A DNA stretch of 36,321 nt, from NCBI GenBank assembly GCA_001179505.1, contig CDMY01000653.1:1-36321 (forward strand). Reading direction: 5' to 3'. Source of the DNA: Vitrella brassicaformis CCMP3155 (taxonomy: Eukaryota > Protista > Chromerida). Of this stretch, positions 21,728 to 34,773 are shown one piece after another. Positions within the stretch are counted from its first letter, which is position 1. Each line of letters starts with the position of its first letter. A program made the translations under genes and the position numbers. The notes beneath the pieces were generated by a model, which was not told the DNA's origin, did no database searches, and saw nothing but the letters and a program-made list of their open reading frames with translations.

Positions 21728-24711
21728 ATGCTGTCATTTGTGGTTTTGGCAGGGCAGCTGCTGCTGCTCATCGGGGGCGCTGTGTTTGGCTCCCTGGTGC
21801 TGCTTCTGCTGCTGGTGAAATGGTGGCTGGAGAGGCCGCTGAGGCAGCCCATAGGGCGTGTGAGGGCGGGAGGTCCGTTCAAGGGCCAGGCGCCGGACGA
21901 TGACACCTATGAAGGTAGGTGTGGAAGGAAGGCGCAAAGATCTGTGTGTGCATTGTGTGCGTCACGTCGGTCGTGGTTCGGTTGCAGTGTGCATCGTGGG
22001 TGCTGGGCCTGCCGGGTCGTCGTGTGCATACTTCTCTGTCAAGGTAAGCCGCTATCGACACACCAATGTGCGAGCGGATCTTATCTCTCCCTGTGTGTGC
22101 GTGGTTGTGTGTGTGTGTGTGTGTGTAGGGCGGCGTCAAGACGCTGCTGTTGGAGCGGAAGACCTTCCCGCGCGACAAGTACTGCGGCGATGGTGTGTGC
22201 ACGCCCGCCATCAACATACTCGAGGAGATGGGCGTCATGAAGGCAAGCAGCAGACAGACAACCGCTGACACCACACGAGGCGGGGCCATCTGCACACGTG
22301 GGCTGGCGCATGCGTGTGTGTGCATCTGTCTGTTAACACAGACCCTGAAGGAGAACAACGAGGTGAAGTTTGCCGATGCGGGTGGGCTTGTCAGCCCGGC
22401 CGGACTCTCATACATCGGTGGGTCAACGAGTGAGTGAGTGGATGGATGGATGGATAGGCATAGGCAGCCTAGGCAGATCATTTATTTGGTGCTTGCTTTG
22501 ATGGGGCTGGCTGGGCTGATCAGGTGCGTCGGTTGAGAAGCTGGGCAACGCTGCCGCGTGTGCGGTGAAGCGGCTGCATCTCGACATGAGGATGGCATTC
22601 GCCGCAAGGGACGCTGGTGCGCACAGCACACAGACAGCCCAACAGCTGCGCTGCGTGGGAAGAGCACAATATAATGAGGCTTTCCTGTTCCTCTATCTAT
22701 GTGTGTGCAGGTGCGAGTCTGCTGGAGGAGCAAGACGTGATTGGCGCCGAGTTCGATGACAGCCGGGGGATCTGGACCGTCAAGACGGAAGCAGGCAGGC
22801 ACAGCACAGCACAGCACAGCAGGGCCACACTGGCTGACACACACACGAGGATGGCATGGCATGAGTGCAGGTGCGAGCTACAAGGCCCGTCTGCTGGTGT
22901 GCGCCGACGGTGCACCTTCCAGGCTCGCCACCAAACTCGGATACTGCACGTAAGTGGAGTTGAGTGAGGGACATCTAACCTCACCAAACACACTGCACTG
23001 CCCGTCATTGTGTTGTGTTGTGTTGTGTTGTGTTGCGATGACTGCAGTGAGGCGCCCAAGGGGATATCGAGCCGTGCCTTCATTAGCGGCAAACACAACA
23101 CCAACTTCGACGGTGTGTCCTCCAGTCAGGCAGTCAGGCAGACAAGCGACTGACAGACGTGTGTGTACCGTACGTGTGTGTGCGCTGCTGCGCTGTGCTG
23201 TGCTGTGCTGTGCTGTGTTGGTGCGTCGCGTCAGGTGTGTGTTTCTACTTGAAGGGGGCGCTGCCGGGTTATTGCGCCATCTTCCGGCACCCCAACGATG
23301 AGCTCAACTTCTGCTACTACCTCATTCCGTGCGGCAAAGAGGTACGTACAGAGAGAGGCACATTAATTACATTGCCACACCACACCATCACACATACGCT
23401 GGGCGAACGAACACCGATAGACACGATGTGTGTGTGTGGGGGGGGGGTGGGTGCCAGGGCATGTGTGGCGACGTTAGTGAGAAGGATTTGCCCAGGCTGC
23501 ACAACTACGCCATCAAGGAGGACCCATTCGTCAGTGCTGCCATCGGCAAACAAGCCAAAATCGAACCCATGAAGGCAGCAGCGGTGAACACACAACACAA
23601 GCCATGGAAACAGACGCATGGACAGACAGACAGACAGACAGACAGGCACGTGTCTGTGTGTCGTTCGTTTGTCATCCCCAGCTTCGCCTTGCGCGTCAAG
23701 GGGTGTCCAAGAGTTACGGCCCTCAGCTGCTGATCGTGGGTGATGCGGCCGGACAATGCGACCCACTCACCGGTAAGTAAGGCTTGGCTTACTCACCGAC
23801 GTCGCAAGAGCTCATTCATACACACAAGGAGATTAGATAGATCACCATGTGTGTGTGTGTGTCTGTGTGTGCTGTGTCTCTGTGTGCAGGTGAGGGCATT
23901 CACACGGCCATGATTGGCGGCAAACAGGCGGCCCTGACCATCATCGAAATGAGCAGGGAAGGCGACTACTCGGAGGAATCCTGCAAGGTACGTACGGTAC
24001 CTTGCGTACCTGACTCATGTCATGAAAACATCCATCCACATGTGATGTGCATGTGTGTGTTGTTGCTGTGTTGTGGTTGGTGGATTGGATTGTTCAGGTG
24101 TATGAGGACCGCTGGCTGAAGGAGTTTGGCCACGACTTCCCCATCGTATGTCATCGGTTGCACACCACACACGCCCGAAAGACAGACACCCCTCTGCTGC
24201 GCTGCAGTGCACATCATCACACATGAATGCCTTTCTGCATGCATGCCTGCCTGCCTGCCTGTGCTCACTCAGTCGGTGATGGGTTCGTGGCTGCTGTGGA
24301 AGTGCCCCATGCTCATCGACGCTACGGCAGCTGAAATGCAGGTTAGTGAGTTATGGATGGAGCACGAAACCCTATCTATCCGCATGTGATGTGTGTGCTG
24401 TCTGTGCTGTGTGTGCATGTGTGCAGCGTCAGGGCGACAAGATGCTTGCTCTCTGGGCGGAGCTCATGACGTGCATGAAACCCAAGGCAAGGCAGGGCCC
24501 TGCACGCCAACCCAATAACACATTCGCACACGACAGACACGTGCCCCATGTCCCCATGTATGTTGTGTTGGTGTGTCGTTTGTTTTGTGTGTCACTCCTC
24601 ACTGATCAGACGTATTTCCTGCACCCGTCAATCGCGCTGCCTTTGGGTGTGGCTGTGGTGCGGCGGTACCTCTCCACCCTCATCTTCGGAGAGGCCAAGC
24701 GACAGCTCTAG
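21728..24711 (+). CDS. Membrane-anchored FAD-dependent oxidoreductase, geranylgeranyl-reductase family; multi-exon
   Basis: N-terminal hydrophobic anchor (LLLLIGGAVFGSLVLLLLLV). Rossmann motif YEVCIVGAGPAGSSCA (splice 21914/21988). Further motifs LLERKTFPRDKYCGDG, VCADGAPSRLA, LLIVGDAAGQCDPLTGEGIHTAM. Stop TAG at 24709-24711. Confidence 0.9.
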
Positions 24712-25737
24712 AGTCTAAGGGGGCACCTTTAGCGCCCTGCCCAACAAACACTCCACACACGCGAAACGAGACGGGGGCCAGTTTTGTCTGTCTGTGGTGG
24801 GGGAGGGAGGGAGGGAGGGAGGGAGGGAGAAGTCAGAGCAGCGAGTGAGTGCCCTTTTTCCGTTTCGTTTCGGTACTTTGTCAGCGGTCTGTCTGTTTTG
24901 TCGGAGGGAGTTGCACCATACATTTGCTTTGTTCTGCTTGCTCTAAGCCGCTCGTGTGCCTGCCGCCCTGTCTGGTCACTCACCCACCCAGACAGACAGC
25001 AGAGACATGCGATGCATGCGATGCGTCGGGTCGGATGGGCGTCGCGTGACTGACATGTGCGCTGCGCGTAGAAGGGAATGAATGATAAGTGAGGGCAATG
25101 TAATGTTTACCTTTGCCAGCCGCCTGGCACCATGTAGGTGTGTCTGACCGACGAAATATACGGCAGTAGTAGTCAGTCGCTTGAGCGTGCATATAACCCG
25201 CCCCTACCTGCACTGCAGTCACTTGCTGTCTTGTCTGTCTGTCGTGTCTGCCCCGCCTCCCCTCTATTTTGCCTGGGGCGTGCAGTGCACAGTTTTGTGA
25301 TCTGAGTGTACAGTGCGTGAGCGTGTGAAGCGACGGCCCGGTACACGCGCCCTTGAATACAGTCCATTTTGCAGCCCTAACAACAGTTTTTATGACCAGC
25401 AAAGCTAAGGACGGGTGACCTGGGGAAAAGAAATAGGATGCACCGCAAGAAGAACAAGGCGGCGAGGATTCGGAACAGGAGAATGGGGCGAGAATGCAGG
25501 TGGAAACACCTCATTTACACACATTTTAGTGCGTCCATTTCACGATTTCCTTCTCCTTTTTCGGCAACTCACGCAAATGACGGCAAGTGCCACATCACAT
25601 CACGACACAGCTGAATGCATGACGCATACACACATCTGTCCAGCAATTCACCAGACTCTCACCAGACACTCACTCGGACAGACGCCCAACCACCACTCTC
25701 TCCCTCTCTCTTCGTCTCCCCCCCGCATATCCAAAAC

Positions 25738-26815
25738 TCACCACTGCCACCAGCCTTTCCACGTTTTCTTGTGGTCGAGAGCCCACGAGGGCGACATCAT
25801 ATCACGGTACAGATAATCCCCCCTCGGAATGTCATTCCAGAATCGACTCAGAAAAAAGTACAGCCGCACACCCACACCCACCATCCGCAGGATGGTTGTG
25901 GGCGTCGGCAGCCACGGCCGCAGTGTGGGCTCCCGGCCGTTCCTGATGCACTGGATAGCGCGCGGCGTCCGGCCATCGCTCTCGTACCCGTTCGTGGCCG
26001 AGTAGTATCGCGACGATCGGCCGATGCTCCTCTTGTCGCTCCGCTCGCTCTCGCTCTCAAACTCGCTGTCGCCCGTTTCCGGATCGACCAGGGGAGACCT
26101 CTCGGTCGGCCTCGACTGTCGCTGGTCGTTTCTCCTCCACTGCGCGCGCGGCCTCCGTGTCATGACCATCTCATAATGCTCCACATATGACAGGGTGCGC
26201 GCGAAGAAGAAGGGCGACAGCAACAGGTGGATCTCCCACACATGGTAGATGATGGAGAAGACCAGGGACGACCAAGGGTCCTCCGGTGAGCTGAAGGATG
26301 ATCTTGGGCCGCCCGGGCGTGCGAAGGGCAGCATGTGGTCGAGGAACTGGACGGCTGCGTTAGGCAGTGGCATGGTGAAGTACAGAGCGATGCAGACGAG
26401 GAGGGTCCACATGGCCGTGGCGAGGGAGGTGTAGATCATGTCCTTGAACTGCCCTCCCACGCGGCCGACGAACCGACGTGTGTCGTAGAAGGGGTTGTAG
26501 AAGAACAGAGTCTCCAGGAACAGCGGCACAGTCACCTTATAGACACACACACAGACAGAACGCCCATCCATCCATCCATCCCTCCTTCCGCAGTCTTTCT
26601 GTCATGCTTACCCCACAGGACCATATAAGAGTTGATCCCACACACAGGTTGCGGAATCTGGGACCCTTCTCATTCTCAGGGGTGAGCTGCTTCGCCGTCA
26701 GCAGCACCTCCACCAGCACCAGCGGCAGGGTGTGGAACCGCCCAATCAAGCCCCCGAAAAGGCAGACACACACCCAGCAGGTATGATAGACGAAGGCGTA
26801 ACAGACCTCTATCAT
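25738..26815 (-). CDS. Hypothetical multi-pass membrane protein
   Basis: Exon 26815-26612 (MIEVCYAFVYHTCWVCVCLFGGLIG...) joins in phase 0 to an exon starting at 26535, giving several hydrophobic segments (VTVPLFLETLFF; SLATAMWTLLVCIALYFTM; SLVFSIIYHVWEIHLLLSPFFF) and then an acidic/Ser-rich tail. The 3' end is uncertain (possible GTGGGT donor near 25881). Confidence 0.55.
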
Positions 26816-27221
26816 GCTGGCTGGGACACCACAGCTGAGCACACGGTATCACGTGGCCTGCCTCTGCTGCTGCTGCCGCTGCTGCTGGTGCTGGTGGTGG
26901 TGGTGATAATCCGTGGCCGCCGCCTGCTGCCTTCCGAAAGCACTCGGTCGCTGCCGTATCACATCACACTTGCATCACAGTTGCACAAAGATCTCCAGAG
27001 CTCAGCTGCTTGCAAAATGATTGATCTCACCTCAGAAGTGTTAAGCGCACCGACGGAGCAGCTCACAGGTGCAGATCTGTCCTCCTCTTTCCCCACTTGT
27101 CGGCTAAGCTCGCAGCCCCGCGAGCTAATATTCGCAAGAGATCCCAGTTTTTGCTCTACACGCCTTTGACAGGCTCTACAAGAAGCGAGCAAGGCAGCAG
27201 AGGCCGAGATTCGCAGCTTCC

Positions 27222-30200
27222 ATGAATGCATCTCGCGTTGCTCGCACGGCCACAGCTCCCCTCGCCCAGCGAGCGCCAGCAGACCCCTCTGCGTCGGTCC
27301 TGCGCACCCTCAAGCGCAGGCTGCAGCGAACCCAGACGACCAACCAGCTGCTGGCCACTTACTATCGCAACCGGTCGTCCGTGGACCCCCTTCGTCTCAT
27401 GGTGACACTCACGAGGCTGGCGACGCTGTCGGCCGCTGAGAAGGACTTCCGCAAGAGGGATCTGCTCGGCGATATGCGCCTCCGCGCCCTCGTGGCCGAC
27501 CTGACGGCTCACCTGACGAGCAACGGTGATGGTGCTGGTGGTCCACACATGCCGCAGCTGAATGGGGCGGCAGATGAGCCGGCAACAGTTGCTGTAGGCG
27601 ATGGGCGGTCTGTCAGCTCCGTTGCGTGGGGCCTCGCGAAGCTCAACCTGTCATCGGCGGACTTCATCGCTCTCTGCGGCCATGATCTGTGGCGGGAGGT
27701 GTTTCATAAGGCAGCCAAGGCTCTTGAACGAGGCACCCTGGGGCCCTCTCACGTTGCGCAGCTGATGTGGGCGGCCGGCCGGTCCAAGCACAGACACGAA
27801 GGCTTCATTGATGGCGCAATTGCTAGTCTTGGCGCCTGCCTGAGCGAGTACCGGCCTGAGGAGCTGGCTACAATCACGTGGGCGCTTGCCGAGGTCGGCT
27901 GTGGCTCCCCTGGTGTATTCAGCGCCATTGCGGAACATATGACCCATCACCGTATCGACGATCTATCCCCCGGAGGATTGTCGTGTCTTGTGAGGGGCCT
28001 CTCTGTGGCGGACTGCTACCCCGATGCTCTTCTGCACCGAGCTGTGAGGAGTGCGACTTCGCTGCTGGATCGCCATGAGTGGGATGCGACAGACATGAGC
28101 GACCTCGCCCAGTTTGCGGCGTCCATCGCACGCACACCGTCCCCATCTGTCAAGGCCCCGGCATTCTTCTGCTCTCTGGCGTCCTATACCCTCTCTCTGC
28201 TCGACCAGCCAAAACACACGAAGCTCTACAACCGTGAGCTGAGCATCATCGTGTGGAGCTTTGCCGCCTCCCACCAATACTCCTACGATCTCTTCAGGCG
28301 GACGTTCGAGCGGGACTGGACCCCCAGGCCAGAAAAGGACGACATCACGCCGATCGACGAGAGCCGCGAGGCCATCGACCCAAGACGCGTATACCTCAGC
28401 TACGCCTACGCACGGCTGGTGCACCCGCAGCCACCTTTCCCCCCTCAACTCTCGCCCCCTCCCTGGCTGTCGGCGTGCAGGCCGCTGATGCAGGAGGGAC
28501 TGGGCCCCAATATGTCTTCGTCGACGATGCATTTGGAGGTGATGCGTGCGGTGGAGCGGGTCAGCGGTGTGCGTGTGGTCAACGAGTTTGTGGACCCATG
28601 GGGATTTGCTGTCGATATGGCGCTGGTCGGCCCTGCAGGGTGCGAGCCATCAAGGGGAGAGGAGGGGGCTGCATCGTCCCGCCAGGAGAGGTCTGAGGGC
28701 TCTGGTGGGGAGGCGAACTCGCGCCGCCGTTTGGTGCGGATCAGCGAGTCGCCCGAGGCGCTGCTGGACCTGACTGACACGTGGGGAGACGACACCGACC
28801 CGGTAAGCACAGCAGGCACAAAGGCAGGCCAGCAGCTCACTCACTCATGTGTGCCATTCCATTTGCCGTGTGTTTCATGCAATCAGCGCTCTGCGATAGC
28901 GGCCGTGAGCCGCCTGGCCTACTGGGCCACATACCCCGCCGCAAAGAGGGCCAGCAGACCCACGCACCAGGAAAGCACGGCAGACGAGCAAGACACCGCC
29001 ACCCTCAAGGAGGCCATCTTCATCGGCATACAGTCGCGCGCCAAGTCAGCCATCCAAAGCGACCCACGGTTCACCGACCTGCTGCAGCGGCTGACTAACC
29101 AAGTGGTCCCACCGACACACAGGGGAGTGCTGCCGAGTATCGTCGACGTGAGTGCTTTCGGCCCGCGTGATTGGGGTGCAGTGCGGGGGAAGGTGCTGAG
29201 TGCTGGTGTGGGTGTGGAGGATATGGCGATGCTTGCGGTGGCCGCGGCTAACGGCGGCCTGCTCATTGACGGGGTGCTCAAGTGCCTGGGCGAGGTGAGG
29301 AAGCGACTGCACATGACCGCGCGTTGTGTCTCCTCTCTCCTTGATGCGTGTGTTGTGTTGCCAGGTGTTGGTCGGCGAGAGGATGTTCGACACGGCATCC
29401 CCGAAGCATCTTGTCGACATCGCCTGGAACTTCCACAAAGTCAGCGAGGAGATCAGATCGAAGCACACGGACAGGGCATACTTGAAATCTCCTTTCTATC
29501 AGTTGGGCATCCTGTCCCTTCCACTGGCCCAGGCCGTGACCAGCCAGATCCTCCAGCGGCCAGCAGCCTTCACGCCCCGCAACCTGGCGACCATCTCCCA
29601 GGCCGTCTCCCAGTACGCCGCTGCCCTGCCCGAGTACATGGGCTTCCTCCCAAGTGTGATAAGGGAGCGCTCCGCTGACATCGAGTCGCCCCGTGACCTG
29701 GCCCTCATTCTGTGGACGCTCGCACGGCCGCATGGGCAAGCGGCCGGTGCTTCGCCAGGGAGCGATCTGCTGGACTCGCCTCTCTCCCTGATAACTGAGG
29801 ACCCTCCTGTTGGTGCTGGAAGGGCCACTGCACCAATGGGGACGAGTCCACTCGATGACGCGAGTGACGTCTTCACGCAGTCGGGTACGTTGCTGCTGAG
29901 GTCGGGGGTTTTCGCGTCGGCCACTGCGCAAGACATCGCCATGTTGGCGGCCACATTCAGCCGCGTCAACGTGGTCCATCCGGAGCTGTTTGGCGAGATC
30001 AGCAAGATGATGCAGCAGCAACAGCAGCAGCCGGAGAGGGGATCGTCACAGCTGCGGTGGAAGCCCATCGACATATCCACAGTGATGGTGGCCATGACGC
30101 GGCTCGGCTGGCGCGACGACGCCCTGCTCATGGCGTGTGCATCCATGACTTCCGACCGGCTGGATGAGTTCTCGCCCGACGAGCTCTCACACGTCCTCTG

Positions 30201-32192
30201 GGCGCTCGGCAAGTGGCGCTCCAACGTCACCCTGCAGCCCGCCCAGTCATTGCTGCGGCGCGTCACGGCGTCCCTGCCTGCAATGGCGCACCACTACGGC
30301 CCCGCACAGCTGGCAGGCATCCTTTGGTCGTGGGCGGCACACAGCACGAGCATCGCGTCGCCCACGCAGCTCGCCTCGGTGTGTGCGGCCATCGCGAGAT
30401 CGGTCACTCCCCGGCTGCATGGCGATGTGGATGTGAGGGCGCTGTGTCTGCTGGCCTGGGGTATGGCTCGGGCAGGGGTGAGTGTGCATGAGCCAAACGA
30501 GGCCATTCGGGCGTTCTACCGGGAGATGACGTCAGTGTCTATGGCGCGGCTGCACGAGTTCGGCCCTCGCGACCTCGCGAACCTTGCCTATGCGATGACG
30601 AGTGGCGGTGTGCATGGGAGGGAGGTGTATGAGAGGCTGGCCACGGCGTCGCTCCCAGTGGTGTCCAAGTGTGCGCCGATCGACGCGGCGCATCTGATGT
30701 GGGGCTTCAGCAAGGCGGGATGGCTCCACCCGCCCCTCTTCCGCGCCGTCGCTGACCACCTGCTGTCCACACGAGCTCTCCTGACCCACACCAGCAACGC
30801 AGTGGATGACTCGTATATCGTCTGGAGCGTCCTAGCCTCGGCATTCACCGAGGCCGGTCTCTGTCACGCGCCCCTACTCAACCACATCCGCGAGTGGCTG
30901 ACGCCCCATGTCGTGAGCGGCCGGTTTCCGACAGACAACCTGCTGTCGCTCATTTGGCATTTCGTCAAGAGCGGCATTGACTGCGGGGAGGCCATTCTGC
31001 AGACCGCTGTGGAGCGGCTGGGTCTCAGGGATGGCAATGAGGGCGTCAACACAGAGAGGGGGGAGTGTGTGGGTGTGGGTATGGCGCCGAGCAAGCACCA
31101 CGTGGCGGCATTTCTGTGGTGCCTGGCGATGGCGCGGCAGCTGCCGGCATTCCCTGATGTCGTGCGTGCGGGAATGGGGCGTGACTGGTCGACTCAGTCC
31201 AGGGAACACATCACCGACAAGGAACGAAGCATGGTATGTATGGTCAGTCTGTCTGCTCTCTCACCCTTCCCGACCCACACACAAGCCTTTGCACACCATG
31301 ACACGTGTGTGTGTGTGTGTGTGTGGTGTGCATGTGTGTGTGGGTGCAGATCTACCAAGTGCACCTGGCGTGTGTGGTGGAGGGCCTGGATGAGTCGATG
31401 CGTCTGCACGGCCAGTCACTGGAGGATTGCAAGGCGGCCTACAGCAGCGGCCGGGCGGCACAGCCCACTGAAGCCTTCCCCCGAGGCATCGAGAGTCTCG
31501 CATTACGTCGGGATGCGGCCAAGCGGCCCTGGGAGAGCCACAGGCGGCGTGCAGTGCCGGAGATGTCCAACTTCCACCGTCACATGTCTCGTTTTCTGAC
31601 GGGTTTGGGTGTGCCGCACATCAATGAGGGGGTGACCGAGGAGGGCATCAGTGTGGACATTGAGATACGCGACAACACGGTGTCTGGTGGTGGTGGTGCT
31701 GATGGTGGTGGTGAGACAATCGCCATTGAGCTGGACGGGCCGTCGCACTTCCTCTACCGACTCGACTTGCCTGACGATGCCGACAACAGCGTGTTGAGTG
31801 ACGGTGGACCCACCAGACAGTCGACGGCACACTGCCAGCAGCAGCAGCAGCAGCAAGGGGATGGTGCTAGCAGGGACAACGAGCTGATATCACTCAGGAC
31901 GCCCTCTGCACCACACAAAATGAGGTACACACACAAGACAGACAGACAGACAGACATCCACCGCCAGCCACCTCGTGGATATATGTGTAGGTGGCGGCAT
32001 CCGACGCCCACGACACTGTTCAAGCGGTGGGTGCTGGAGGGCCTGGGGTGGCGAGTGATATCCGTGTCTCTGTTTGAGCTGGATCCGTTGTGGAGTGACC
32101 CGCGGGCGCGGATGGACTACCTCCTGGCACTGTTGCACGCATCACAGTCCCCCTACCTGAGACGGAAAGTGCCGCAGTCGGTGCAGCGGTAG
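27222..32192 (+). CDS. Organelle-targeted helical-repeat (OPR/HPR-like) RNA-binding protein with C-terminal RAP domain; 5 exons, ~1,544 aa
   Basis: Exons 27222-28802, 28887-29294, 29365-31233, 31350-31924, 31991-32192 join in frame. Arg-rich, presequence-like N-terminus. Many ~37-38-aa repeats (PEELATITWALAEVG, PDELSHVLWALGK, PRDLANLAYAMTSGG, PAQLAGILWSWA). RAP domain: FHRHMSRFLTGLG...SVDIEI...IAIELDGPSHF...KRWVLEGLGWRVISV. Confidence 0.9.
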
Positions 32193-32690
32193 GAAGGGTG
32201 GCTGTCGGGGTGTGTGTGTGTGGTTGGCTAGACAGATAGGCGGATAAACACACGGATGCAGATGCATGTGTGTGCTAGTAGTATGTGTGTGTGTGTGTGT
32301 ACATAGTCTGCTTCACAGAGTCGATCGATTGACTGATATGTCGTCCGACCAATCAAATCAGCCACCCAGTTGTCGTATTGCTCTCACATCGGTCCAGCTA
32401 CCGACAAACACACCTCTCTCTCGCCACTCATCTTACAAATTTAGCTGAGTAGTGAGACACGAGTCCGTTTCTTGCGACCATCCGTGTACTGTACGTGTCT
32501 CGTCACACATGAGGCATCCGTCTCGTCACGCACACGGCAGGGAATCTATCCGTCACCGCTTCGGATTACGAAGAGAAAACGACCAACCGATATAGAATGT
32601 AGGCAACGATGAATAACAATCTCTTGTCGTTCTCTGTTTGCTCTTCCTCCTTGACTCTGCACGAGTGCAGCCTGTGTAGCAGCGGGGCGA

Positions 32691-34737
32691 TCAGCCTCTG
32701 CTTGATCGCCTCTTTGGACCTGTCGAATAGTTCCACTCTCCCGTGGGAAGACGATGGCTGCGGCGGCCGTCGCTCTGAATGCGGCTTATCAAGTGGCCCA
32801 TCGCCCCTCCCATCTCCTCCGGCTTGGGCAGGCCTTGGATGCTCACCGTCTCGAAGAGGATCTCGTCCTGCACGCCATCGTGGAGGTAGGTCTTAACCTT
32901 CGTCGCGCCGATGGCGACGTGTGCGGCGGTGATAACATAGAGCTTGTGGGCTTTGTTGTCGATGGTGCTCCTCACCAGGAGGCCCTTGCCGTATCCCATG
33001 CCGCCATCACGGGGATCAGCGCCCTCCCGAAGCCCAGCTGCCAAAGGCTGGCCCGCCAGCACCCTTGATCATCTCGTACATGACGATGCCTGCAGCACAC
33101 AGGCACCAATTCACGTATGGCACACACATTGGCAGATGTTGTGACAAAAAGTCGACGTACCCAGGGAGACAATGTCGGCCTCTAGTCCGTGGTGCTTCAT
33201 GCCGAGCAGAAACTCTGGGCTCTCGTAGCCCCTCGTGCCGTGGCACACGTAGGTCGGTGGATTGATATTGTGGATGGCAGGGACATGCACGCATCGCGAC
33301 GGTGCTCTCGGGGGGACCGAAATCGCACAGCTTCAACGTCTCCCTAGAGGAAGAAACATACAAAGAGAAAAGCCGTATTTGTGTGTCGGGGCTTCCCTCC
33401 CCCTGTCTGCCGTGTCTTTGTGTGTGTGTTACCGGCCATTGCGCCCCTGCAGCAGCATGTTGTTGGGTTTCACATCCCGGTGGGCGACACCTTTGCTATG
33501 CACATGGGCCAGCGCCTGCAATGCCTGCATCACACACCAGACACACCTTAGCCTTGCCCTGCGTGTCTGTGTATGGTGTCTGTGTCTGTGTGTACCCGGA
33601 ACATGAATCGCTTCACGCGGCGGGGGCCGAACTTGCGGCGGCTGTAACGATCATACTGCACAGTAAGAGAGAAGAACAGTGCATTCGCACCTGCGTCACG
33701 TCGTGTTGATGGGGTTCTGAGCAATCACGATTGTGTGGATGGCAGATACACAGATATAAAATGTAGACAGCCATGTGTCTCGTCTCTGTCTGTGTATCGC
33801 CCCAGCAGCCGCAGCAGCAACCGCAGCAGCAGCCGGTGCAGCGGGAGGGGGCCGGTGGCGGGTAGCTGTCGCCCGCCTCGTGATTCCAATGGAGAAACTC
33901 CTGTGTGGTATACAAATGCAGCAACGTATCAGTGACGCCCGTCTGTCTGTCTGTCTGTCGGTCTGTGTCTCTGCGTGTCTTACAGCTTTGTTGAAGTTGT
34001 CGAAGTACGGGTGGTTGAGGGCGGTCGCAGCAGTGATGCGGTCGTAGGGGTTGAACTTCCACATGCTGCACACACACACAGAATGCTGGATGGGCGTGTG
34101 GAGACACACACACGTGACACACATGTCTCCTCCCGTGTTTGTGGCTCACCTGTACAGCAGTGCGATCTGTTCCTCATCGAGGCGGTCAGCATTTGGGAGA
34201 GTCCGCACGGCAATATGTGGAAACTGAAGGGGACACTTAAACACTTAAACACTATAGTGAGGGAGTGAGGTGAGTGTACCTGGTCGTCACGTGGGGCACA
34301 CCGACCTGGCTGAGAGGGCAGATGATACCGGCTGCGAGTCTGACAAACTCCCAGGCGACTTCCACGCTCTTCCCCCCTCCGCCAGGAAGGACAGCCAGGA
34401 GTCCCGCAACCACCCAAACGGCGACCCCCAAAATGATGCGGCCGGCCTGCAGCACAACAGCATAAACATGAGATAGATACCAGCCCAGACCTTGTGTCTC
34501 CGGAGCAGCTTCAAATTGTTGATCCTTTCAGTGTACGGGCCGCCCGAATCCTCCCTCCTACCATGACGTAGTGGTCGTGTTCGTCACGGACCCTCTCCTT
34601 TCTCCACATGAGCTCCCACAAGCTGCCGCCCCGAACGAGTTCAAACACCATGTAGAAGCGCTTGTTGGCCTCGTCGACCCACGCCCCCTTCATCTCCACG
34701 ACATTGGGATGGTGAAACTTGTCTCCCAGCTCCTGCA

Positions 34738-34773
<36 letters not shown>

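Noticed and set aside
21728-24711. Calling the reductase chlP
   Set aside because: It has the CGDG motif rather than the ChlP-type CGGAIP, and no clear plastid-targeting evidence.
28803-31990. Stop-free 3n introns (84 nt at 28803-28886 and 66 nt at 31925-31990) as regulated intron retention
   Set aside because: Both have canonical sites and typical intron composition; short stop-free 3n introns arise by chance and there is no expression evidence.
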